Shown here: positions 19,540 to 28,200 of the stretch, in pieces
Layout of the letters: each line of letters begins with the position of its first letter
How positions within the stretch are numbered: the first letter of the stretch is position 1
From: Pedosphaera sp.
GTDB taxonomy: Bacteria > Verrucomicrobiota > Verrucomicrobiia > Limisphaerales > SIBH01
Assembly (NCBI GenBank): GCA_031414955.1
Contig: JANOQV010000146.1
Span: 1-64,000 of the forward strand
Direction of reading: 5' to 3'
DNA: 64,000 bases
The notes under the pieces: generated by a model
Seen by the model: only the letters and a program-made list of their open reading frames with translations
What the model was told of the DNA's origin: nothing
Databases searched by the model: none
Made by a program: the position numbers and the translations under genes

Positions 19540-20682
19540 ATGTCGCTCCCGGGATTCATCGTCCGCAATGCGCTGCGCAACCAGCGGCGCTTCGGGCTGA
19601 CCGTCTTCAGCGTGGCGCTCAGTTTGTTTCTTCTCGCGCTGCTCCAGGTCGTGCTGCGCGGGTTGACCGACCCGGCGGCGAGTGATGAGGCGGCGTTGCG
19701 GCTCGTGGTGCGGCACAAGGTCTCGCTGGCCAACATGCTCTTCAGCAAATACCAGCCACGCCTCGAGCAGATGCCGGGCGTTGCCGCCTGCACGAAGCTG
19801 CTCTGGTTCGGCGGCGTGTATCAGGATGAGCAGAATTTCTTCCCGCAGTTCGCCTGCGACGCCGGATCGCTTTTCCAGGTCATGACGGATGCGCACATTG
19901 CCCCGCCCCAACTCGCCCGTTTCACTCAGCAGCGCAACGCCTGCGTGGTCGGACGCAAGACCATGGAGCGTTTCGGCTGGCGCGTGGGCCAGCGCATTAC
20001 GCTCCTGGGCGCGATGTGGCCCTGCAATCCAGAACTGGAAATCGCCGGCACCTTCACCGGCGGCGTGGATGAATCCAGCCTCTATTTCCACCACGAGTAT
20101 GTTGATGAACTCCTCGGCGACCAGGGCATCACCGGCCTGTTCTGGCTTCGCGCGGACTCACCGGCCTCGGCCTCGGCGCTGATCGAGCGCATCGACGCTG
20201 AGTTCGCCAACTCCGACGCCGAGACCATCACCGAAACCGAACACTCGTTCCAAATCGGCTTCGTCTCCCTGCTCGGCAATCTCAAGCTGCTCATCGGCTC
20301 CATCTGCACGGTCATCGTGTTCACGCTCGTGCTCGTCACCGGCGGCACCATGAGCATGGCGATTCGCGAGCGGGTGAAGGAGATCGCCATTCTCAAGGCG
20401 CTGGGCTTTCCCGGCGCGCAGGTCTTCGCCCTGATTCTGGCCGAGTCGTTCGTGCTGGCGATGCTGGGCGGACTGATTGGCCTGGTTGCCGCCTGGCTGG
20501 CGCTGCATTCGGCGGACTTCTACCAGGTTTCTCGCGGCATGTTCGTTCACTTCGCCCTCACGCCGGCAATTCTCTCCCGCACCCTCGCCGCCGCCGCCAT
20601 GCTGGGCTTGGTGAGTTGCCTCGTCCCGGCGTGGTCCGCCACCCGGCGCAGCGTCGTGGACGGACTGAGAACTGAGGACTGA
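19540..20682 (+). CDS. ABC transporter permease (MacB/FtsX family)
   Basis: RNALRN.RR..LT N-terminus, large periplasmic loop, RER.KEIAILKALGF, ESF motif. Confidence 0.9.
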   Translation: MSLPGFIVRNALRNQRRFGLTVFSVALSLFLLALLQVVLRGLTDPAASDEAALRLVVRHKVSLANMLFSKYQPRLEQMPGVAACTKLLWFGGVYQDEQNFFPQFACDAGSLFQVMTDAHIAPPQLARFTQQRNACVVGRKTMERFGWRVGQRITLLGAMWPCNPELEIAGTFTGGVDESSLYFHHEYVDELLGDQGITGLFWLRADSPASASALIERIDAEFANSDAETITETEHSFQIGFVSLLGNLKLLIGSICTVIVFTLVLVTGGTMSMAIRERVKEIAILKALGFPGAQVFALILAESFVLAMLGGLIGLVAAWLALHSADFYQVSRGMFVHFALTPAILSRTLAAAAMLGLVSCLVPAWSATRRSVVDGLRTED

Positions 20683-20694
20683 GCACTGTTCCCA

Positions 20695-21855
20695 ATGGCT
20701 ATTCCTCTGACCTACAGCCTCCGCCACCTGCGTCTCCGCTGGCGCTCGACGCTCATCACCACGCTGTGCATCGCCCTGGTCGTGGCCGTGTTCGTGATGC
20801 TGATGTCATTGGCGAACGGATTGCAGGCGACCTACATCAGCTCGGGCGATGCACGCAATCTGATCGTGCTCCGCCAGGGTTCCATGGCCGAGTCGAGCAG
20901 CCAGATCACGATCGACAACGTGCGCCAGGTCAAGTTCCTCGCCGGTATCGCGCGCGGCGCCGGCGATGAACCGCTGGCCTCCGCGGAGATCATGGTCCTC
21001 ATCACTGTGCCCCGCGCCAGCGGGGGCAAGGCGCACGTCCAGGTGCGCGGGTTGAGTGCCGCCGGCTGGCAGTTGCGCACGCAGGTAAAAGTCCTGCAAG
21101 GCCGCGCGTTCAGGCCGGGCCAGCGCGAGTGCGTCGTGAGCAAGAAGGTGGCGGAGCGATTTCCCGATCTCGCGTTGGGCCGGACTTTCCGATCCGGCAA
21201 GCACGCCTGGACCGTGGTCGGTGTCTTCGAGGCGGGCCGCACGGCTTACGACTCCGAGGTGTGGGTGGACGCTGATGAAGCACGCTCCGCCTTCAACCGC
21301 ACATTCTACGGCTCCATCCTGCTGCGGCCCGTGGATGACGCCGCAGTGCTCGCGCTGAAGCAGCGCATCGAAGGGGACAAGCAGTTGCAGCTTCGCGTGC
21401 TCACCGAGCCGGAATATTACGCCGAGCAGACCAAGACCGCCGCGCCCATCCGGTTCTTCGGCGTCGCGCTGGCGGCCGTGATGAGTATCGGAGCCGCCTT
21501 CTCGGCGATGAATGCCATGTATGCCAGTGTCGGCCGGCGCGCGCGGGAGATCGGGACGCTGCGCGTGCTGGGCTTCCGCCGACGGAATATCTACTTCGCC
21601 ATCATGCTAGAGTCCTTGTTCATTGCGATTGTCGGCGGCGTGATCGGCTGCGCATTATCTCTACCGATGCACGGACTGGCCACAGGCACCTTCAACTGGA
21701 GCACCTTCGCCGAGGTGGCGTTCGAGTTTCGCATCACGGGCCAGTTGCTCGGCGCGGGCCTGGTCTTCGCGATGGTCATGGGCGTGCTGGGCGGATTGCT
21801 GCCCGCGCGGTACGCGGCCCGGAAGCCAGTCCTGGAAGCGTTGCGAGGAAGCTGA
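20695..21855 (+). CDS. ABC transporter permease (MacB/FtsX family)
   Basis: MAIPLTYSLR.., R.REIGTLRVLGF, LES, PA..AAR..EALR. Confidence 0.9.
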   Translation: MAIPLTYSLRHLRLRWRSTLITTLCIALVVAVFVMLMSLANGLQATYISSGDARNLIVLRQGSMAESSSQITIDNVRQVKFLAGIARGAGDEPLASAEIMVLITVPRASGGKAHVQVRGLSAAGWQLRTQVKVLQGRAFRPGQRECVVSKKVAERFPDLALGRTFRSGKHAWTVVGVFEAGRTAYDSEVWVDADEARSAFNRTFYGSILLRPVDDAAVLALKQRIEGDKQLQLRVLTEPEYYAEQTKTAAPIRFFGVALAAVMSIGAAFSAMNAMYASVGRRAREIGTLRVLGFRRRNIYFAIMLESLFIAIVGGVIGCALSLPMHGLATGTFNWSTFAEVAFEFRITGQLLGAGLVFAMVMGVLGGLLPARYAARKPVLEALRGS

Positions 21856-21857
21856 CC

Positions 21858-24656
21858 ATGCTCCGCTTTCTCAACCTTCACCAATGGGTCGTCGGCTTTT
21901 TTGCCGCGTTGGCGCGGTATTCCATCAAGCATCCCAAGCGCGTCATCCTCTGTGCCTTGCTGGTCACGCTGGCGGTCGCGCCCGGGGCGCTGAAGCTGAA
22001 GCTCCGCACCGACGGTCATGCCCTGGTGGACAAGAGTGCTCCCGAAGTTCGCTACGACCAGTTGGTGCGCGAGAGATTTGGCATCCAGGATCCGGTGGTG
22101 GTCTTGATCGAAGCGACGCATCCCGACGGCATCTACAACGCGGACACGTTGCAACTGGTGCGCGAACTGACCGAGGAATTCACGCGCCTCAAAGGCGTCG
22201 ATTCCAACAAAGTGGTGAGCCTGGCCAACCAGCGGGGCTTCCGCAATCGCCCGGCCACGTTGCACTTCATGACCTTGTTGGAAAACCCGCGCCAGACGCA
22301 GGCCCAACTGGCCGAGCTGCGCGATGACTTGCGGCGTATCGAACTTTACACCGGTACGATTGTATCTTTCGACGGCCAGTCCACCGCCATCATGGTTGGC
22401 GCACCCGACGGGACTGATCGGACCGCACTTTATCAGCAGGTGCGCGCAGTCATCTCCCGCATCACTGGCGGTGCGGACAAGATTACGGTCACAGGCCCGC
22501 CGGTGGCCGAGGCACTTTTGGGCACGCACATTCTGGAGGACCTCGGGGTGCCGGCGGCGCTTTTGGGCACCAGCACCCGCAGCGACGGAGACGGCTCCAC
22601 GGGCTTTTCCAACCTCCACGAGCTTCGTCGCTTCATCGCCCGGCGGGTGGGGCTGGTGCCGGTGGCGATTCTGATCATGGCGCTGATTTTCCAAATCAGC
22701 TTTCGCCGCACTGTGGCCAGCGTGCTGCCTCTGATTGAGGTCGGTGCCTGCCTCGCCTTCACCTTCGGCCTGATGGGCTATTGCGGCGTGCCAGTCTATC
22801 TCACCATTGCGGTCATGCCCGTGCTGCTCACGGCCATGGCGGTCACGGATGAGATTCACATCTACAGCCGCTACTTCGCGCTGGTGCATGAGCGTCCCAG
22901 TGCGCCTCAACCCGACCTCGTGCGCCTGACGATGGAGGAAATGGTCTGTCCCATCGCCAATGCCTCGCTCACCACCGCCATCGGCTTTGTCTCGTTTGCC
23001 TTTTCGCCGCTGCCGCCGGTGCAGGCGTTTGGCATCTTCACCGCCGTCGGGTTAATCTTCTGCCTGTTCTGGACGCTCTGCGTGCTGCCTGCGCTGTTGA
23101 CGCTGATTCCAAAGAGTTGGGTGATGACGCGTGGTGCCAGGGAGCGTGGTCTTCCGGCTGCTTCAACCTCCGCGGACTCAACAGCGTCAAAGCGGCCTGT
23201 TGGTCGCGCCCCCTTCGGACTCTTCGCCCTCTGGGCTGTTCGTCGCCGCTGGTGGATTGTGGGCGCGGTTGGTCTGGCCGTTGCCCTCACACCCCTGGGC
23301 CTGCGCCGTCTCGTTATTCAAGACAGTTGGATTGATGGCTTCGAGCCGGAGAGCGAATTCAGCCACGCCACGCGCACCATCAACGAGCATTACCACGGCA
23401 TGCACCTGCTCAAGGTGAGCCTCGACGCTGGCGAAACCCTGCGCGGCATGGTGGCCGCCACAAACGTAAGCTTCGCGAGAATTCTTCTTCCCACCAATCT
23501 CGTGGCGCAGCCGCAGTCCCTCGCGGGCCGCTGGCTTTACCTGTTTGCCGGCGACGCCTCGAACGCGCCTTCGTGGCGGGCCTCCATCGAATCCGCCACC
23601 GTGACGGGGGACAAGCTTGTCGTCATCACGCAGCAACGGGAATCAGACTCCATCGTCTGGACGAACCTGCCGCAGCTCGCTCACGTCCGCTTCGAGATCA
23701 TTTCCCAGCCGTTCTTGCAGCAGCCCACGCTCGACGCTATTGCGAAGCTGGGCGCGTTCATCGAGCAGCATCGTGACTGCAAGGTAGGCAAGGTCTTGAG
23801 CGCACCCGATTACGTGGCGACGACGCGATTCATGGTGCGTCCCAACGAAGCCGGCTCGCGCTTCGTGCCCACCAACTCAATCGAGATCAAGTTACTCTGG
23901 GACTATTACCGCATCGTGCGCGGCCCGGAACAATTGCGTGAAGCCGTGGACACCAACCACGCCAGCGCGGTGCTGACCATATTTCTGAAGGAGGCCAACT
24001 TCCGCGACACCGCCCGGCTCTTGGCGGACATCCGCGACTACGAGCGCCGGGAGCTGATGCCGCTGAACATCCGCCTTGGCTTCGCCGGCGACGTGGCGGT
24101 GAGCCAGTCGCTCATCCGCGGCATCGTCACCACGCAGATGCAATCACTGTTCGGCTCGCTCTTGGGAATCTATCTCGTCACTGCGCTGCTGGGTCGCTCG
24201 TTGCGCTGGGGGTTGTACGCGGTGATTCCCTGCACGCTGGCGGTGCTTTTCAACTTCACCGCCATGGGCTGGCTGGGCATTCCGCTCGGCGTGGCCACCT
24301 CCATGTTCGCGGCCATGACGCTCGGCAACGGCGTCGATTTTGCGATTCATGTCCTGGAAGGTTTCACGGCTGCCCGCGGCCGTGGGCTGTCTCCTGATGA
24401 GGCTCTGGCGGAATCGCTGACGCGCACCGGACCCGCAGTGGTGGTGAACACGCTGGCCATTGCGCTGGGCTTTGGCGTGCTGATGTTGTCCCAGGTGCCG
24501 GCCAATGCCCGGCTCGGCTCGTTGATAATTCTCGGAATCGTGAATTGTCTGCTGGCGTCCCTCTTCTTGCTCCCAGCACTGCTCCATTGGTGGCCGCTGA
24601 AGGGTTCAGTCGATTCCACAACCAGCGCGCCGACGAACGCTCAAGGTGTTCCGTAG
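21858..24656 (+). CDS. MMPL/RND-superfamily exporter
   Basis: Duplicated RND topology; D..IH motifs (TDEIH, VDFAIH), LTTAIGF.SF, LPALL termini, two large extracytoplasmic loops. Confidence 0.88.
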   Translation: MLRFLNLHQWVVGFFAALARYSIKHPKRVILCALLVTLAVAPGALKLKLRTDGHALVDKSAPEVRYDQLVRERFGIQDPVVVLIEATHPDGIYNADTLQLVRELTEEFTRLKGVDSNKVVSLANQRGFRNRPATLHFMTLLENPRQTQAQLAELRDDLRRIELYTGTIVSFDGQSTAIMVGAPDGTDRTALYQQVRAVISRITGGADKITVTGPPVAEALLGTHILEDLGVPAALLGTSTRSDGDGSTGFSNLHELRRFIARRVGLVPVAILIMALIFQISFRRTVASVLPLIEVGACLAFTFGLMGYCGVPVYLTIAVMPVLLTAMAVTDEIHIYSRYFALVHERPSAPQPDLVRLTMEEMVCPIANASLTTAIGFVSFAFSPLPPVQAFGIFTAVGLIFCLFWTLCVLPALLTLIPKSWVMTRGARERGLPAASTSADSTASKRPVGRAPFGLFALWAVRRRWWIVGAVGLAVALTPLGLRRLVIQDSWIDGFEPESEFSHATRTINEHYHGMHLLKVSLDAGETLRGMVAATNVSFARILLPTNLVAQPQSLAGRWLYLFAGDASNAPSWRASIESATVTGDKLVVITQQRESDSIVWTNLPQLAHVRFEIISQPFLQQPTLDAIAKLGAFIEQHRDCKVGKVLSAPDYVATTRFMVRPNEAGSRFVPTNSIEIKLLWDYYRIVRGPEQLREAVDTNHASAVLTIFLKEANFRDTARLLADIRDYERRELMPLNIRLGFAGDVAVSQSLIRGIVTTQMQSLFGSLLGIYLVTALLGRSLRWGLYAVIPCTLAVLFNFTAMGWLGIPLGVATSMFAAMTLGNGVDFAIHVLEGFTAARGRGLSPDEALAESLTRTGPAVVVNTLAIALGFGVLMLSQVPANARLGSLIILGIVNCLLASLFLLPALLHWWPLKGSVDSTTSAPTNAQGVP

Positions 24657-25069
24657 GGGACGAGCGCCTCACGCAAAGTCTTCGGCACCGGCGTCGGCGT
24701 GAGTTTCTCGCCCTCCCGACGCAGGCAGGCGATCTGTTGCTGTCCGCGGGCCATCAGTTCCTGCGTCCCGTTCTTTACCCGCCAGTATTCGAAGAGCAGC
24801 GTGATGCGGCTCTGGGTCAACTCGCCCAGCCTCATGCGAATGACCACTTCGTCGAAGGCGTAAAGCTCGGAGAGGTATTCGCACTGCACGCTGACGGTCG
24901 CCAGACTGAGGCCGCGCGACAACTCAGCGATGATGTCCGGCGCGTGATCGTGCAGAAACATCTCCCGCACGCGCCCCTGCCACGAGACGTGGTTCACGTA
25001 ATAGACGTTCCCGACGAGGTTGGTTTCCTCGAAGCTCACGATGTGACGGTGTTCGTAGGCGAGGCTCAT
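24641..25069 (-). CDS. Enediyne PKS-associated hotdog thioesterase (E10; SgcE10/CalE7/DynE7 family)
   Basis: YEHRH.V.FEETNLVGNVYYVNH..WQGR.RE.FL..HAP, GQQQIAC, PVP..L..AL.PY; directly downstream of pksE. Confidence 0.92.
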   Translation of the reverse strand: MSLAYEHRHIVSFEETNLVGNVYYVNHVSWQGRVREMFLHDHAPDIIAELSRGLSLATVSVQCEYLSELYAFDEVVIRMRLGELTQSRITLLFEYWRVKNGTQELMARGQQQIACLRREGEKLTPTPVPKTLREALVPYGTP

Positions 25070-25090
25070 GCGACGGGAAGACTGCGGGGA

Positions 25091-25231
25091 AAAACACCAA
25101 ACACAAAACGGCAAACACCAAAGAAACACCAAGCTCCAAACTTCAAACACCAACTGGCGGTCGAAAGGCTCGGGTTGGTGTCGGCGTTCTTGGAGCTTAA
25201 CTGATGTTTGATGTTTGGTGTTTGATGTTTC
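25091..25231. repeat. Inverted arrays of heptamer repeats (AAACACC/AAGCTCC ... GGTGTTT/GATGTTT)
   Basis: caccaaa-type tandem units on the left and tttgatg/tttggtg units on the right fill the pksE-E10 spacer. Confidence 0.8.
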
Positions 25232-28200
25232 ATTCCACGCACACCCCTACCACCATCGTCTCCTCCCGCTCCCGCCCCTTGGTCACTCCTGTCACGACCG
25301 TCCTCGTACCGCTCTGCATCGTGATCCAGCCATCGGGCTGGCGGTCGGCCAGCGTGAGCGGCGCGTCGGAGAGAGCGCCGGATTTCTTCAGGCATTCGAG
25401 CGCGGCCCAGACGCGCGTGGCGGCGGTGTCGAGGTCGCCGCCATTGGCGACCAGTTCGGCGAGGCGGAATCGTTCCGCGCCCAGCAGACCGCGCCAGGTC
25501 TCGGGTGTGCGCGCGGAAATCATTTCCATGTCGCAGCCCACGCTGCCGGTGCTGCTCATGGCCAGGGTCAGATCACCGGCCCGCGTGACGGAGAGATGGT
25601 TCCCGCCCGGCACCTCCGGCTTGCCATCCGCGCGATGATGGAGAGTCGCGTCGTCACCGAGCAGGCGGCGGACGCTCTCCTCGCTGCCTGCGCCGCGCGC
25701 CGCGCTCACCGAGATGCGGGCGGCCGGCAGCAATTCCTCCAGGCGGCGCTCGACGTACGGGCCGAACAAACCATCCGGCCACGCGCTGTCAGTGGACAAC
25801 TCCTCGACCTTGCGCAGGCGCAAGCCCTGCCAGGCCTCCAGCACCGCGCCGCCGGGACCGAGCAGTTCCAAATCGTATTCAAAGGTGTCGCCTTCGCGCT
25901 TCACTTCGCGCGCGTGCAGGAGCAGTTCCGGCAGGCAATCGCCGCTGTGCCACTGCTCCATTCGGCACGGCACCTCGCCCACCACGATGCGGCGCACGCC
26001 GACCGGCAGCAGCCGCGCGTGGGGGATGCAGGCCTGGATGGCGTGAATGGCGGCGTCGCGCACCGCGCCACAGCCGAGCACGCGTTCCTGCGGCAGGTAG
26101 CGGCCAAACCAGTCCGGCCCGATGTAAGGCGCGAGTTGCACCGCGCACTCCCGCGCCGTGAGCAGGCGATAGTTCAACACCCGGCGGAAACGTCCGGTGT
26201 GGAAGAGCAGCCGGTCGTAGAGGTCGCGTTCGATATCGAGCGCCGCGGCTGATCCTGGTGATCGGCCATCGGCCATCGGCCAATGGCTTTTCGTAGCGAC
26301 GAATTGTTGCGCGCTCCCTCCGAAGCGGCACACCGCTTTGAAATGATCCGCCTGAAAACCCGTCTGCTCGCAGCGCAGCGCGACTTCGATCACGCCCGAC
26401 TCGCGGACCAGCGCCGCGACGCGAATGACGTTCTTCCCGCCGCGCGGCACCACCACCGGACGAGACAGCTCGACGTTTTCAAAACTCGGCGGCTCGCTCG
26501 AACCAGCCAGGGCCATCGCCACCTGGGCCATCGCTTCCAGTCCCATCACCGCCGGGAACAGCGGCTCGCCGTGGAAGACGTGTTCATCGACATACGGATC
26601 GGAGTCGGACGAGAGCGTCGAGTCCACGATCAACTCCACGCCGGGATAAAAGACGCGCGTGTGTTCGAGGAACCGGCGGAAGGGCAGCTCCGGCTTGGTG
26701 AGATTCAGCGTCGGCATCTCGCCGAAGCGTCCGCTGATGACCACAGAAGTGGCTGGCAACTCGCGCCGCAAAAGCTCTTCGAGAATCTCCACGCCGGCCT
26801 CCGGTGAGATCGGCGTGATGCCCTGTTGACGCAACGATTCAATGCGCCCCAGCCGCGCGCCCATGCCCACGCCCGACCAGACGGACCACTCGGCGGCCAG
26901 GCAGCGGCAGCGCGGATGCGCGGTCTGGAATTCCTCGGTGAGTTGGGTAAGCCATTCGTTCGCGACGGCGTAGTCGGCTTCGCCCTGCAACCCGGCGCGT
27001 CCGATGATCGAGCCAAAGGTGACGAAGAGTCGAAGCTTCTCCGGGTCGAGAGCGGCGAGCACATGGCGCGCGCCGTCAATCTTCGGCGCCAGCGTGCGGC
27101 GGAAGGCCGTCTCGTCGAGCGTGCCGAGGAGTTGCGGGACGTTCGCGCCCGCCGCATGAATGAAAGCCGTGATCGTCCCAAGCTCGCGTTGCACTTCCGT
27201 GAGCGCCATCGTCACCTGCGTCTCATCGGTCACATCCGCCGCCACGTAACGCACGCGGACCTTGACGGCGGCGAAGCGCTCCAGGTTGGCCGAAAGCTCG
27301 GCATCAGTGGCGGGCTGCGAGCGTCCCATGAGCACAAGCCGCGCGCCGGACTTGCGCGCCAGGTGCAACGCGCACTCCGCCGCGATGCCCTTGCCGCCGC
27401 CGGTGACGAGCAGGAGATCGTCTGGACCAAGCGGCAACGCTCCGACACTTGCGGGAACCATCTCGCCTCGGTCGCCGAAAGGAAGAGCTTTCATCACCAA
27501 CTCATGCCGCCGCCCCGACTCGTCGTAGCGCACGTCGCGGTGACCGTGGGCAAGTGCGGATTCGCGCACGATCCACTCGACGGCTTGGGGATGCTGCGGC
27601 GGCAGTTCGAGGACGAGGGTGTGAATGGTCGGCGACTCAAGGTGTAGCGTCCGGGCCAAGCTGCCGGCCCGCTGGCCCGTTTGCACGAGCACGAACTTGC
27701 CCTCGCCGAGGGCAAGCGCGGCCTTCGCGCTGGCGAGCAGCAGCCTGATTTGAGCTGCTTCAATCCGGGGCGGCAGGCAGACGATCACGCCGGCGCCGGG
27801 CATCGAGGTGAGAGCAGGACGCAATGCCGCCGCCAGGGGATCGGTCTCGATGGCGAATACTTGCCATGCTGAACTTTGCCCTTCGTTTCGCGCGGACTCG
27901 GCGGTCCGCGCTCCAAGCGGTGCCTCGATCCATTCGCAGACGAACGGACGCACCCACGAATCAACTCCCGATGGAACGCGTTCCGTCTCATTGAGCGCCG
28001 CGCCACGATTGCGCGTGAGTTCTTCGAGCGCGGCGGCGGCCCGGCCCACCGTGGCCGTGGCGAAATCCGTGAGACCGATGAGGGGCGGCAGCCCCAACCG
28101 CTTCGCCGCCTCGGCCATGATCTGGCCCACGGAGATCGAATTGAGGTGCAAGTCTCCGAGCAGGCGGCTCTCGCTCGTGACCGTAGCCACGGGCAGTTCC

